Below are positions 1-12,836 of a stretch of DNA of 64,000 nt, one piece after another. The translations under genes and the position numbers were made by a program. The stretch is from Vicugna vicugna. Taxonomy: Eukaryota. The notes under the pieces were generated by a model. The model had not been told where the DNA came from. It did no database searches and saw only the letters and a program-made list of their open reading frames with translations. Numbering within the stretch: the first letter of the stretch is position 1; every line of letters begins with the position of its first letter. The stretch covers positions 68,264-132,263 of the forward strand of contig MU058716.1 in NCBI GenBank assembly GCA_013265495.1. The letters are read 5' to 3'.

Positions 1-1669
1 ATGTTAAACAAACCATCTGCAAAATAGCCACGGGACATAAAGTTGTCTTTAGATGTTAAACAACAGGCAGTGAAAGACTGTGATCCCTAAGAGAAGGGAA
101 CCAGCAGGGATGGGCCCTTCAAGCAGCCTCGATCTCGGCCTGGAGGCACCTCACGATCTTGGCACAGGTAGGGAAATAGGGACAGGTGGTTTCGTGGAGT
201 TGAGGAGGCCGAGGCCGGACCCTGGGGAGGCTGAGGCAGTTAAAATCTGTGGGGCAGGGTACTGAAGAGGGGGAAGGAAGTCTTGCAGGCAAAGAGCTCA
301 GAAATCTGCATAGGGGTTCTCTTGAGTCTTCAGTTGGAAACCATTTGCTCACAATCAAGGAAAATCTCCTTGGTTTGCAAGAGCAAGTCCCAGGGAAAGG
401 AGAGGAGCCAGGAGCTACAAGCAGAGCAATTTCCAGAGCTCACACAGGGCTAGGAAGTGTTCATACTCCCTACACCCAGACCTGGAGGAATACAGGGGCA
501 ATCAGTAACTCCTCAGTAGTGAGGCTAAAGCAACTCTTTAAAAAAGCCTAACCTGTCTTAAAGGAGCTTTGAAACAAACCTTAAAAGAACAAAGCAGAAC
601 TGGAAATAGCTTCCATACTCTTGAAAAGTATACAACAAAATGTAGTATTTACAGTCTAAAATTCACAATGACTGGCATCACTAATGCAAGAAAGTGTGAA
701 ATATGAGCAGACGAAAAATCAGTCAATAGTAACAGACCTAGAAATAATGGAGATTTTTCAGAATGAAAGAGGTCAGAATTTATCCTCAAAAGGGCCACAC
801 GTAAGTCCTCACCGAGACTTTCTAATGATGCACTTTTCCAAGTCCTGAGATGCACTTGCAGTGAGAAAGGCACAGAGAGGGACATGGAGAATTTAGAGCC
901 TCTTTCATAACCATGTCAAAGTCAAAAGTCGGAATTTCATCTGAGATTTTTGTACCTCCCTTCCTTTCCCTGTAACACGGACATTTCTTTTTTAAATTTC
1001 TTAAAGATACCATCGTAGTAGGAGCACTTAACACTGGATCTACCTTCTTAGGTCTCAAGTGTTCAACCCCGTGCTGTTACCAGCGTTTCTTATAGATTAG
1101 GATTGGAAACCGATCAAACTCTCTCTCACTGTGGAAGGCATCCTCTGACATGTGCGTGTGCATTCTGAACAGTCCTCCTGGTGGCTGGCTGGGGGGTTGC
1201 TGTGGAAAGAGAGAGGCAGAGAAACGGAGGGGGCTGCCCCGGGACCCTGACTGGCTGCCCACCCCCGTGGGTTACAGGCACCTGAGACGCAAGTCTCCTG
1301 GCAGCTCCACAGGCCCTGATCCACGCCAAACATGCTCTGCCCAGGTGTCAGGTGACCAGCAGCCCTGGGCTCTGCTGCAGACGCGAGGACCAACAAAGCC
1401 CTCCTCTTGGGGCAGGCGTGGCCACGTGAGGCACCTGCCTGGGGCTCTGGCCAACCTCACCTGGCGCCTGTCCTCACATACGTGAGCAGGGAAGGAAGAC
1501 GCTGGGAGACTGCACTGGAGGGGTGGCAGGCCCTGGCCCTGTTATGGGAGAGGAGGGGCTGGGTGAAAGACTCTGGGGCCAGGACGCAGGGACCGCAGGG
1601 GATACAGCCAAGAGGAGGTGGGATGGGCTGTCCACCTAAAACATGAGGTGGTACAAAGAGAGGGACACT

Positions 1670-1865
1670 GTGATCTGTCTCAATAATAATTTTTATATCA
1701 CCAGAAATTGACACATTGTAACTGACTATACTTCAATTAAAAAAATAATAATTTTATACTGATTTCATGTTGAAACGATATCGTGGATATAGTATTTAAA
1801 TATTATTACAGTGAATTTTACCTGCTTCTTTTGACTTCCTAAATGTGGACACGCGGACATTTTGA
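1670..1865. mobile_element. MER3/MER33-like hAT MITE, interrupted by a tiny L1 tail
   Basis: tgatttcatgttgaaa...aattttacctgcttctttt...aatgtgg resembles the MER3 consensus as recalled. Confidence 0.55.
1699..1743 (+). mobile_element. Extremely 5'-truncated L1 3' tail with target-site duplication
   Basis: caccagaaattgacacattgtaactgactatacttcaattaaaaa matches the end of the L1 at ~3464-3510; flanked by aataataattt(t)tata on both sides. Confidence 0.8.
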
Positions 1866-2564
1866 GAGCCTAGAGAACAGGCACCCGTCTGTGTCCACGC
1901 ACCAGGCTGCAAAAGAGGATGCAGGCTGACTGGTGATTAAAGGCTGCAGCAGCCTGGGCAGCCCTGGGCCCTGTGCCAGGTGTGCTCAGGTGACTGTGAG
2001 CCAGGTGACCTGAGAACATCCCCTGGGGCCTGTCAGGTGGAAACAGAGGTGGATCAGCCTGCTCAGGTGACACAATCTCTGAAAAGATCCTGAACCTGGT
2101 GAGATTTAATAAAGGGACACAGGCCAGTTTCCACACAGAGTTGGCCCAGACAGCACAGACGTGGGGAGGACGGTGCAGCTCCTGTGACAGGTAAGAACCT
2201 GGGGCTCATGGCGCAGTAGCCGAAATATCATATTTGCTGCTCTTTCACTCCTTCGACCACCAGTTGCTGGGCCCCTGACTGCGTGGGGGTCAGGAGTGAC
2301 AGGCCTGGGCCTGGCTCTCAGCAAAGACAGCACATGGAGGTGGGTAAGGAAAGTGGTGCAGGAGGGGACAGAGAGGGAGGACGGGCTGGGGTGACTCTGA
2401 GTGGGGGGGAAGCTGCGGGACCAGCTGGGGCTGAGGGAAGGGGAGAGGCTGGGAAGGGAGCTCCCAGGAGTGGGGGATACCCTCTGTGCTGTTGGGTGGT
2501 GAGCTGTGTAGGTGGAGGGCAGGCTGGCCCAGAGCAACCCTCAGGAATCGGTGTTTCTCCAAAA

Positions 2565-3530
2565 ACCCATCCAGAAGTGGCAGGAGACCTAGACAAGCAG
2601 TTCTCCAGTGAAGACATACAAATGGCCAATAGACACAAGAAAAAATGCTCAGTATCGCTAATTATCAGAGAAATGCAAATCAAAACTACAGTGAGGTGTC
2701 ATCCCACATCAGACAGAATGGCCATCATCGAAAAGTCCATGAATGATAAATGCTGAAGAGGGTGTGGAGAAATGGGAACCCTCCTACTCTGCTGGTGGGA
2801 ATGCATTTTGGTGCAGACATTGTGGAAAACAGTATGGAGATTCCTCAACAAACTCAAAGTAGACTTACTTTATGATCCAAACCCCACTCTGGGGCATGTA
2901 TCTGGAGGGAACTCTAATTAGTAAAAATACATGTACCCAAATATTCACAGCAGCACTATTTACAATAGCTAAGACATGGAAACAACCTAAATGTCCATCG
3001 ACAGATGACTGATTAAAGAAGTTGTGGTATATTTATACAGTGGAATACTACTCAGCCATAAAAAAGAAATAGAATAGTCTTTTGCAGCAACATGGATGGA
3101 CCTAGAGATCATCATCGTAAGTGAAGTAAGGCAAAAAGAGAAAGAAAAATACCATATGATACTACTCATATATGGAATCTAAAAAAAGAAAAAAGAGGAC
3201 ACTAATGAACTCATCTACAAAACAAACAGACTCACAGGCATAGTAAACAATCTTATGGTTACCTAGGAAAGGGGGTGGGAAGGGATATATTTGGAAGTTT
3301 GAGATTTGCTAATATTAGCCACTATATATAAAAATAGATTTAGAAAAAAACAGATTTCTTCTGTAGAGCACAGGGAACTATATTCAATATAATAACCTTT
3401 AATGAAAAAGAATATGATAACGAATATATGTATGTAAATGCACGACTGGGATGTTGTGCTGCACACCAGAAACTGACACATTGTAACTGACTGTACTTTA
3501 ATTAAAAATAAATAAAATAATAATAAAAAA
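2565..3530 (+). mobile_element. L1 3' fragment (ORF2 C-terminus + 3' UTR + A-rich tail), lineage-specific type
   Basis: Translates to [30 protein letters not shown]; typical L1 3' sequence; A-rich tail. Confidence 0.92.
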
Positions 3531-4654
3531 TTACTCTTAAATAAGAGCCAACCTCTTAGAGACTCACATGTGAATTTTCTCCAAAAAGAAGTCAAGAACT
3601 TGTAACGTTCTATTTTCAAAATTCAGATCATTTCCAAATGCTTGTAAAAGAAAAGAAACCGCTTTTCTATCATGCCTAATAAAATAAAGCTAATTCACTA
3701 AGACTTTAACAACAACAACAAAGAAGAGTCTGTGTTTCTGTGAAGTGGGAGGCAGACGGAGGCCGAGGGCAGGGGCTGTGTGAGCTCTCCCGGGCGGCAC
3801 CCAAGGGGCCTGCATCCCCACCGGGCAGGCGGCCCCTCGAGGCCCCTCACACTCGGTGTCTGTGACCTCAGGGCGCTGGCTTGCAAGTCCACCCCACCGC
3901 AGCTCAACCTACACTCAGGCCCAGCAGCAGGCGTCCCTGTGGGTCAGAGGTGACCACAGTGGGGCCGGAGGGCCTTCTCCAGGCGGCAGGGGCCTGGGGA
4001 CCCTGGGGACCTAAGGCCCTGGATCCTGCCCCAGCCCCTCAGAAGGGACCAGAGGAGGGGCTTACAGCAGAGGAGGCTGAGACCGAGGCGGGCCCAGCCA
4101 GGCCAGCGGTGCGTCTGCGGCCAGAGGCTGGCCTCTCGTGGTGGCCGCGCCCGGCTGGAAGCGTTAGGCTGCTTTGATGGGGGAGGGCAGCTGCAGGCAA
4201 AGCAACGGGAAGCACACGACCTTCACGCCCTGCACCTGTGGCCGAGGCAGCCGAGGACTCAGGCATCGACGTGGCTGGAGGCATGTATGTGTGATTTGGG
4301 TGGTTTCCTCGGTGGACAACAGCCCATCTGCCATCCCTTAATTTCAGAAGGTTGCTTTTTCCTCTGGGACCTAATTATTCATTTTTTTGGAAGTAGAACA
4401 GGGACTGTCTGACATCATGAGGGTTTGAGATACTGAAGTACGGAGGATGGAAGGGAAAAATGAATGGAGCTGTTGCTAAGTGGAGGAGTTACTATTGCCC
4501 AGGTGGCGGGGCCAGTGAGGAGGAGGGAGGTGGGTTCTTTGACCTAAAGCAGAAGGCAGAGTCCCAGGTGCCCCAATCAGGCAGGAAGGGGGGAGGGGGA
4601 GGGAGAGGGGGAGGGGATAGAAGGGGAACCAGCCCCCTGCCTCCAGCCAGCCCA

Positions 4655-4775
4655 CCTCAAACTCTACTGGGCTGGCAGATCACCTGGAGACCTGGCTAAA
4701 CTGCAGATTCTTACCTGGCAGCTGGGGTGGGGCCTGAGAGTCTGCACGCCTGACAACCCATCTTTAGACACTTGC
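4655..4775. mobile_element. MER5A-like hAT MITE
   Basis: atcacctggag...tgcagattc...ggggtggggcctgagagtctgca. Confidence 0.6.
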
Positions 4776-4849
4776 TGGGGGCCCAAATCTAAACGATGAA
4801 CCTGCCTGGGCAGATGGCAGGGGTGGCCCAACAACGGGTACGTTTCTTA

Positions 4850-5210
4850 TCCACATGGGGCTCCCACATAAGCAAGTCTGAAGGTGGAGAGGAATAAAAA
4901 TTAACTAGTCGCACAAACAAATGTAAAAGGTGATTGCACTAATCGTGTGAAAGAGCAGCACAGAAAGTAGAGAATTCCCTAGTCAAAGAAGTCAGAGAAG
5001 GCTTCCTGTAAGAAGCAACACTTGCGATGAAATCCAAAACCAGCAAAGAGGGTTACAAGCAGAGGAAACAGCAGTGCAAAGGCCCTGAGGTCAGGGAGCT
5101 CAGTGAGCTGAGACACAGAAGACAGGGAGGTTGGGGGTGGGGCATGGAGAACACAGGGAGGCCCTCAGGGCACTAAACAGGGTGGTGACAGCATCATGTT
5201 TAGTGCAGGA
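4850..5210 (-). mobile_element. L2 fragment
   Basis: gtcagagaaggcttcctg...gcagaggaaacagcagtgcaaaggccctgagg. Confidence 0.65.
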
Positions 5211-5559
5211 GGAGGGGGTGCTCAAGGCTCAGCAGCTGGTGGGGCCTCTTGGGACAAGAGCTGCTGAAATGAAACCCACTCACAGCAACTCCTGAGCCTG
5301 CAAGGCCCCCACCACGGGGCGGGCCTGAGGTCAGTTAGGGTTGGGGTTAGGGTTAGCGCTGTAAAGGAGGGCGGCAGACACTCCCTGCCCCGTTGCCCTT
5401 CCAGCTGCTGCCCTGACACATCTGGACCCCACGCCCCAGAGGCTACTGTGTCAGTCGACCCCCCCCCCCAGCCCAGTGCTGCGACAGCTTTGGATAGCCC
5501 ACCTGTCACCCCTACCTGCAAGGCAGCCATGGGGACATTTCCAGAGCAGTGGTGGCCTC

Positions 5560-6900
5560 GTCCTCAGGTCCGTGTCCACCAGTGCCCGCTCGGTGCCCTC
5601 GGAGAGCGCGGGAGCGTCCAGTGTGGTGAGGGAGCCAGGACTCGGGAAGACCCTCTGCCCAACAGCTCCTGAGGCGCCTCGCACGTGGGCGTGAGGCCTG
5701 GCGGTTGTGCAGGCCGCTGGCGGGGCTTCAGTTTCCCGCCCACCTGTAACTGGGCCTGTCCCTCTGAAAACCCTGGTGAGGGCTCCAGGAGAGGCACCGG
5801 TGGGGCCTGAGGGTGTCTGCCCGGCCCGGGGCGCTCCTGTGGCGGAGGGGGCCTGTGAGCAGTTAGCCTGACCCTCTCACGGCCCTGAAGGATCGGTGCC
5901 CTTCCCCTGACTTGGGGGTTCAGTGGGAGGCCCCCCCAGGAGCAGGGCCCGGGCGCGCGGACCAGGAGCCCTACTTTCTGACGGCGAACCGGCCGGGGTT
6001 CAGCTCCTCAGAGGAGGGTCCGTGGTCCTGGCCCGGGTGCCCAGGCCCGTCAGGCCTGCAGAGCTGGGTCCCAGAAACACGCTCAGAGAGCTTCTGGCAG
6101 ATTCCACCGCATCGTCAGTGAGAAGCCCTGGCCTGAAAGCAGCACTATGCCTCCAGCCTGATTCCAAGGCAGCCACGGTCAATGCAGCCCCGGCGACAAG
6201 CTCCTTCCCGGTGTCCCCGAAGCCAGAAAGCTGGGCCCTGCTCTCTGGGCCCCGCCCAGGGAAGCTCGCTCCTGGGGGGTTTACAAGGCAGGTGCTGAGC
6301 CTCCAGCAGCTCCTCTCCAGGCCAAGCAGGCGGCCAGCGAAGCACTCAGCCCACCAGCCTCTTCCGGGGGGCTGGAGGCCAGGGGCGCGCTCCCCCCTAG
6401 GAAGGGGCGCCCGTGGAGCAGGCCTCCTGGCACCGCAGGTGGACCTGCGGCTGGGGGTCTCAGGGCCGGTTTCTACCCTCACTGTCCCCCCGACGTTTGT
6501 TCCTGTATTTATCTTCCAGGATGAGCCCGTGGCATTTCCCGAGCGTCCTGTGAAGACGTTGTCGGTGCACCCTCTTGTTGCCTTGACAGGAAGAGGAGGA
6601 TAGTCTGACTGAGGCTGTGGAATGGCTGAGGCACAGAATGGGGCCCTGCGGCCGGACGGCGTCTCCCTGGGCTGCAGGAGGGGCCCCCAGGCAGAGTTGT
6701 GGGTAACACCCCAGATTCCACCTCTGGGGACCCCCAGACCTGCCCACTCCAATCCAATAGCCGGATGAGGTTCCCGGGTCTGCCGGCCCCCTGCCCGTCT
6801 CCCCAGCGGGCTCTTCTGTGACCACCTCGCAAATGGCCCACATGCTCGTGGGGAGGCCCCAGCCTGAGTCACGCGCACGCAGACTCCCGTGTGGACACCG
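5560..6900. promoter_or_regulatory. GC/CpG-rich block (possible CpG island)
   Basis: Dense CpG (cgcgcgg, ccggccgg) compared with flanks; no recognisable exon. Confidence 0.4.
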
Positions 6901-7914
6901 AGGGGAGAGAAGACAGACAGAAATGAGAGGGGCCAGAACCCCAGAAACGTAAGCATATTTGTTCTAGGCCTGGGATTTGCCCTGACTGCCTGGCCCAGGT
7001 GGCACCCTATCTCCACATCAATCCAGAGGCATCACAGCCCCTGGCAGCCGGAGGGCCTCCTGCAGACCAGCCAGCTGCCACACCCTCTGGGAAGCCCCTC
7101 CTAGCTGGGAGAAGTGAAGAGCTCTTCTCCTCCTGGGACAGGGCACCCTCCTACACTTGGACCTGCTGGGGCTTCCCTGCCCTTGCCTGGGTCGGGACCA
7201 GCCCAGACTTGGCATTGGACTCCTGAGCTGGGTCAGAGGAGCTTCCCAGTCCCCCGTGCAGGGAGGATGAGTCATTCCTCCTCCATAGCAGGGACGAACC
7301 TTCCAGATGCCTCCTAACCACTGACTCAGTGATCGGAAATGCTGTTTTTAGAGCCTCACCGAGGGCTCAGTGCCAGTAAATCAGACCTTCCACTATTGAA
7401 ATATAATTTGCAGAAACGCTATTTCCCAGCAGGCAGGGCAGGAAGGGAAGGAGCCCACGCGGTGGGATGAGGCCTCTCACACAGGCCCTGTGACCCAGCC
7501 TCTCCCAGAGGGCAGTATACGAAGGAGAGTATACGAAGGAGAGTCCACACGGGGAGGGGGCCCAGGTCGGTACGGATCATGGGCAGGGCCTTTCTTGAGC
7601 ATCTGAAGGAAGCCATGGGCCAGGCCTGCTGGACTGTGGTGAGCAGAGCAGGTGGCCATGGTCAGCCACTGTCCTGAGCACCAGCTCAACACCCCAGGTG
7701 ACGCCAGCACCCACCTGCCCTGACTTCCTCCTGCTCGGGCAGGTGCACCACCATCTTTCTTCTCCGACTGCTGCTTCATGGGGCTGTGGCTGCAGCTGGG
7801 CAGGGAAAGTACTGCTGTCCTGGGAGGAAAGCTAAGGGTCAAGCCCAGGATCTGAGTCCAGTTGAACGGGCTGCACTTAGAAGTCACACTCAGCTGAGGA
7901 GCACACACAGTGAG

Positions 7915-8100
7915 GGTTGTAGCGGCTATCCACAGCCGTGTAACAAATTATTATCTCCACATCCGGCTTAGGAGTCCCGGCGTGGCTTAGCCAGGGACAC
8001 CATCTCTGTGACCTGATCTTGGAAGTGACCATCCTGCATAAACATTTCCCATGTTTACTTTCTACTCAGGACTCGGAAGAGTCACTGGTCCAGCCTGTGT
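7915..8100. mobile_element. Old MaLR (MLT1-like) LTR remnant
   Basis: gtgtaacaaatta...ttggaagtgac...gagtcactggtccagcc. Confidence 0.35.
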
Positions 8101-8744
8101 GGGGAGCGGGGCTGCAGCACGAGATGCAGCAGTCGAACCCTGTTCCCCGGCACAAGCACAGACTCTTCACCACACTGAGGGGCTGACTTCCCCAAGCAGA
8201 TGCTTGGCTAGCGGCTTCCCCATAGGGAAGCACTCAGATCGAGGGGGCTGGCAGCAGCCTTCCTGTTTCAGACAGATGTGCTGAGCCTGGATGGGAGAAC
8301 AGGCCAACCAGAGTTGGGTGGAGCGGGGCATGGGGGGGCAATGCCTGCTGGGGTCCCCGTGGTGCAGGCAGGGTCCCAGCGTGCTGGGCGGAGGTGGGGG
8401 CTGGGCTCCCCACCATACTAGAGCTCAACTGTGGGCCCCACACCCCCAGGTTGCAGGGACAGCTGTGGGTCCCTAGGCCAGCCCCAGGCACCGTGGCCAG
8501 CACAGCATGGGGAACCCGCTGGGCTGCGGCCTCAGGGAGAGCTCAGCCCTTCCATGACAGGACGGTACGTTGGGCTGCAGCCCTGTCCCACCCCTGCTCG
8601 TCCAGCCTCGCTTCGCCGAGGACCAGGGACCATTCCCGCTGAGGCAGGAAGGGTAGGGGTACTGCCAGGCCTCACGATGGGGCATGACCCAGGACAGACC
8701 ATTAGGAACACAGGCCAGACTCCCCACCCAGCATGCTCCTGACT

Positions 8745-8777
8745 TTCTCTGTCTCTGTCTCTGTCTCTGTCTCTCTC
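8745..8777 (+). repeat. (CTCTGT)n simple repeat
   Basis: ctctgtctctgtctctgtctctgtctctc. Confidence 0.9.
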
Positions 8778-8984
8778 AGAGAATTAGTCTGTGTGGGAGG
8801 CGGGTTGAAGCTATGGGGCACAGGGCAGGAGGGGTGGCTGGACCTTGGACTGGGTGGTCCTGGGGGAAAAGGTGCTCCTCCTGGGCTGGGGAGGGGAGGG
8901 GAGGGGGGTAACCTGCTGGGGTTCCCCTCGCTCCTGATCTCCGCATTTTCATGCCATCTCCTTCAATGCTCTCAGATGACCCCA

Positions 8985-9095
8985 CAGGTTGGTGCTATTT
9001 CTCTCATTTGTGAGGTGAGTAAAAGGGGGCTCAGAAAGGGTAGGTGACATGCCTAAGGTCACACAGCTATTAAACAATGGAGCAGAACTCGGACC
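8985..9095 (-). mobile_element. MIR SINE fragment
   Basis: ggctcagaaagggtaggtgacatgcctaaggtcacacagcta. Confidence 0.7.
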
Positions 9096-12059
9096 TCCTT
9101 GGGACACTTGGGAGCTGGTGGACACCTGAGCCCCCAGAGCTGGGCACAGTCCAGGGCTTGTCCCTTGTAAGAGGGGCTGGGGCACCTGCAGCTTCGCTGT
9201 CCCTGCCTCAGCCAAGGAAAGCGGCTCCACGGCCTGACTCCATGTGCGGCTGTGAGCGCTCCATGCCCCGAGCGTTCTGGATGGGAGAGCCCAGGCCAGT
9301 GCCTTGTAGTGGGTCCTCAGCTCCAAGGGGCATCTGGCCTGAAACCACAGAGACAAAGGGGTCTCGCTTCCCAGACGAGCCCCAGAGACCCTCCAGGGAG
9401 GGAGACAGGCCCAAAGTAGCTTCACTCAGTTCAACGCCTTACCCGAAGCAGCTCACTGGAAAATGGGCAGTGCTCTGAACACCGGTCCCCTCACACTTCA
9501 TCTCCCTCACGCATCCACGCACACATGCATGCACATGCAGATCACATGCGTGCACACGCATACATGCACAGCTTTACCTACAAAGAAACCGCTTCCACCC
9601 ACCACCCACCCGTCGCCTGCACACGCTTGCTTTTTATGTCCCCCTCAGGCGTTTCTTTGCAGGTTGGCCCTGCTCCGGCCGCTGAAAGCCGAGGTGGCTC
9701 TGCTGACCTGCGGGGCCCTCAGCAGCCCCCACTGCCTCGGCCCTGCTCTCAGTGGAGCCACTCCTGGCCTCGGGAAGGGGCAGTTCCGTGAGCTGCAGGG
9801 CCTATGGTTTTAGACCATCCCAGGCCAACGAGACCTGTGTTGTCCAAGGGTGGCCACTGGCCCTGGGCTGCCGGCGTGGGTGTGAAGCACATCCAGCCTC
9901 CAAGGTTGAATGTGAGCTCACATGGATAATTGTTGATACTTGTTACCTGTCGAAGTGGTGGTGCTTTGCACATAGTAAGTGAATAAAACACAAGAAAATC
10001 GAGGTAGCCTGGCCACTAGGCAACTTGAAGTCACATCAGTTTCTCACGTTACACTTCTGCTGACAGCGGGCCCAGCTATGGGAGGCTGACCTGCTTCTCT
10101 CCATGTTGGCGGGAGGACCTGCCCCAGCCGCCTGGGGTGCATTTGTGCAAGAAGCGGGGCTCTGTGATAGGGTAGTGTGACACTCATGGCCCTCCCCGCT
10201 GACCCCACACAGGCCCAAAGTGGGCTCTGGTCACAGCCTGGTCAGCCTGTCCCTGGTTCTCAGACTGAAATCCAATCCATCTTTGTTGCTGAAAGGAACC
10301 TTAGAGGCTATGAGATGCTGGAGCCAGGCCGTGGGTCCCCCTCCTTTACACAGAGGCCCAGCAGCCTGGAAAGGGGAGGCAGCCACTGCCCACTCACTGC
10401 CCCCAAAAGCCAGCCCAGGAACCCTCCTCCCTCACCCGGTGTGGGCACCGAGCAGAGCCCTGCGGGCACAGGTACATCACCAGGAACCTGCCCTGGGCCA
10501 GAGGCACAGGGAAGGGAGTGAGTCATTACACCCCCCTCAACACCTCCCACCCCCCACCCACGTTGCAGAGAGAAGGGCTGCAGCCCTCAGGGTCAGAGGA
10601 GTGACCGAGCCTCCTGCAACGCGTGCGGGTCCAGCCGGCCCCACATGACCTCCACGCCCCGCTCCCCTCCCATTCCCTTCTGCTGCTGTGCCCATGCTGT
10701 GTTCTGAGCTTCTGGAATCACTGCTCCTGCGTTTTCATTTGTCAGCTTCTGCTGCAGGACCGAGGCTGGAATCTCCGCACTTGTGTCGTCACTGCTCTTC
10801 AGGCTCCACGCACCTTGCAGCGCTGTGTAAGCAGCTGCACTCCCTTCCTCTCTTGGAAACCAATTCTCAATCATTTCAGGTTTGCAATAAATTGTGCGAC
10901 TTATGGAACAAGGGTTTTCTTCCCCCAGAGCTAATGTGTGTGTTCAAAGAGCAGAGAACAACGCAATTATAACCGTGCACCACAGCAGTTATTTTTTAGT
11001 GTTTCGAGGCCCATCTCTTTTCTCCTCATTCTGTATTGTGTACTCAGCTGATTAACTCTAATGAGCTCCAGAGAGTAACTGGCAAAACATTAGAGGAATT
11101 CATCGCCCATAAATGGGGGAAAGATGCTGTCTGTGCTTGGTGGCGCACATCCAGGAAACACACCTGATGCTTCTGAGCAGAGCCCAGATGGAACCGGATG
11201 GAATGTGCAGGCTCCTCACCCTAACAGCCAAGCGTTTCCCATCATGGAAACCGGAGCCCCCCCGGCTTCACGAGGACCTGCTGCAGAGGAAGCAGGCAGT
11301 GAAGGACGTAGGGCACCTGCTCCAGGCTGTCATTTCTGCTGTCAGAGGCCCAGGTGTTTCAGTTGGGGCATTCTCAAGTTCACCCGCAGCTCCAGAGCCC
11401 AGCCCCTCGCCCAGGCAGCATGTCAGACTGAGAAGGGCGCACCTCACCCCATCCTGCCAACCTTCTCCACACATACATCACTGGTCCCGATCAGAGAGAA
11501 AGCCGGGGATTTCATCCACGGATGTAGACAAACGCAGCAATTTAACGTGAGCAGATGTGCACATGCCACGGGATGCAGTGCAGACCCTTCAGTTCCTGAG
11601 GTGGGGGGACAGTCGGGGTTCTCGGGTTCAGCTCCTGTGCAACACCCATGGTGTGAAAGAGCACGCTGGCTGGCCCACTGACGAGACGCGCTGGCAGTGA
11701 GCGGTGTGTCCCAGAACCCAGTGCCCGCCCACCAGCAGACGCATACACCTGCCCGCAGGTGCAGCTGGTCTCCAAGCTGAGTGTAAGCCTCAGCCGACCC
11801 TGACGTGTGTCATTTGAAGCTAGGGTTTGGGGATGGTCACACGGAAAGTGCAAATCAAAGCTTCACCCATTTCCCCCCAAATTTCTAAGGCCCATGCCAT
11901 GCGTGGAGAACAGTCGACAGACACCTCGCCAAGCCAACAGGTATTCACTGAGCATCGATTGTGCTGCAGGCAGAGTGCCGAGGCTGAGCCGGGCTGACCC
12001 CCACTTTCAGGGAGCATGTTCCCCATCTTCGTGGGGAGTCCTAGGAAGGAAACTCGTAG

Positions 12060-12520
12060 GAGTTTAGACTGATGGGTGAATGCGAGTCCACGTTGTCAGC
12101 AGAGATTGACCGACACACAGAATGGAACAGAGTACCTAGAAAAGGCTGATCTGCAAAGGGGAGAAGTCCGGAAGTAATGAGGGTGGGGCTCACGACCGTG
12201 TGATACAAAACTTCCTACGTGGTGAAGAGAACACCTGAGCCCTCACCTCAGACCACACAGGCACGAACACGTCAGCCAACCCCAGGGGACCACATAGAAG
12301 GAGACTGTCTTTGTGACCCTGGAGGAGGGAGACTTCATAAACAAGATCAAGACACTCGAACCACAAAAGAGATCCATCAGTTTTACTACATAATTAGAAA
12401 CTGTAAGATAAGATTCGCTAAATAAGGTAAAGACAACTGGTAGAGACCGACAGGAGATGCGTAACAAAGGATGAACAGCTGGAGACAAAGAACACGGAGC
12501 CAACCAGGGAGGACGCCCCA
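12060..12520 (+). mobile_element. Highly decayed old L1 ORF2 fragment
   Basis: agaatggaacagagtacctagaaa...catagaaggagactgtctttgtgaccctgga resembles L1M ORF2. Confidence 0.45.
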
Positions 12521-12784
12521 GCAGAAAAGGGGGTAGGCTCGCAGACCAGCCGCCCCGACGTGCCCGGCCCCCACCTCCCGCCTGCCCGGCGCTGTGTCAC
12601 CTGCACTCAGGGCTGAGTCAGCCACCCTGCTCTGGAGGCTCACCCATGGTCTGACACCGCGCCCACCACCCCCACCCCACCAACTACAACTCGAAGCTCG
12701 AACACGGGGTGGAGGGAGCACACATGTCACTCTCATGACACAGATGGGAATAAAGTATCTTTTAAAAGGATGCACTCTTGAAGA

Positions 12785-12836
12785 AAATTTTAATTTAAAA
12801 AGAATCAAAAGAAAAACCAGTGCCTAAATCTTTATT
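12785..12836 (-). terminator. Polyadenylation signal AATAAA with downstream U-rich element
   Basis: Plus-strand tttatt at 12831-12836; the minus strand continues ggtttttcttttgattctttt. Confidence 0.65.

Noticed and set aside
2554..3587. tttctccaaaaa direct repeat flanking the L1 as a TSD with 3' transduction
   Set aside because: The second copy is ~45 nt past the A tail with no second poly(A), and the motif is common in L1
5923..7016. Long overlapping ORFs (226 aa +, 338 aa -)
   Set aside because: GC-rich DNA is depleted of stops; non-ATG starts; Pro/Gly/Arg-rich with no recognisable domain
9515..9570. Alternating purine-pyrimidine tract (Z-DNA candidate)
   Set aside because: Imperfect low-complexity CA/TG repeat, common in mammals
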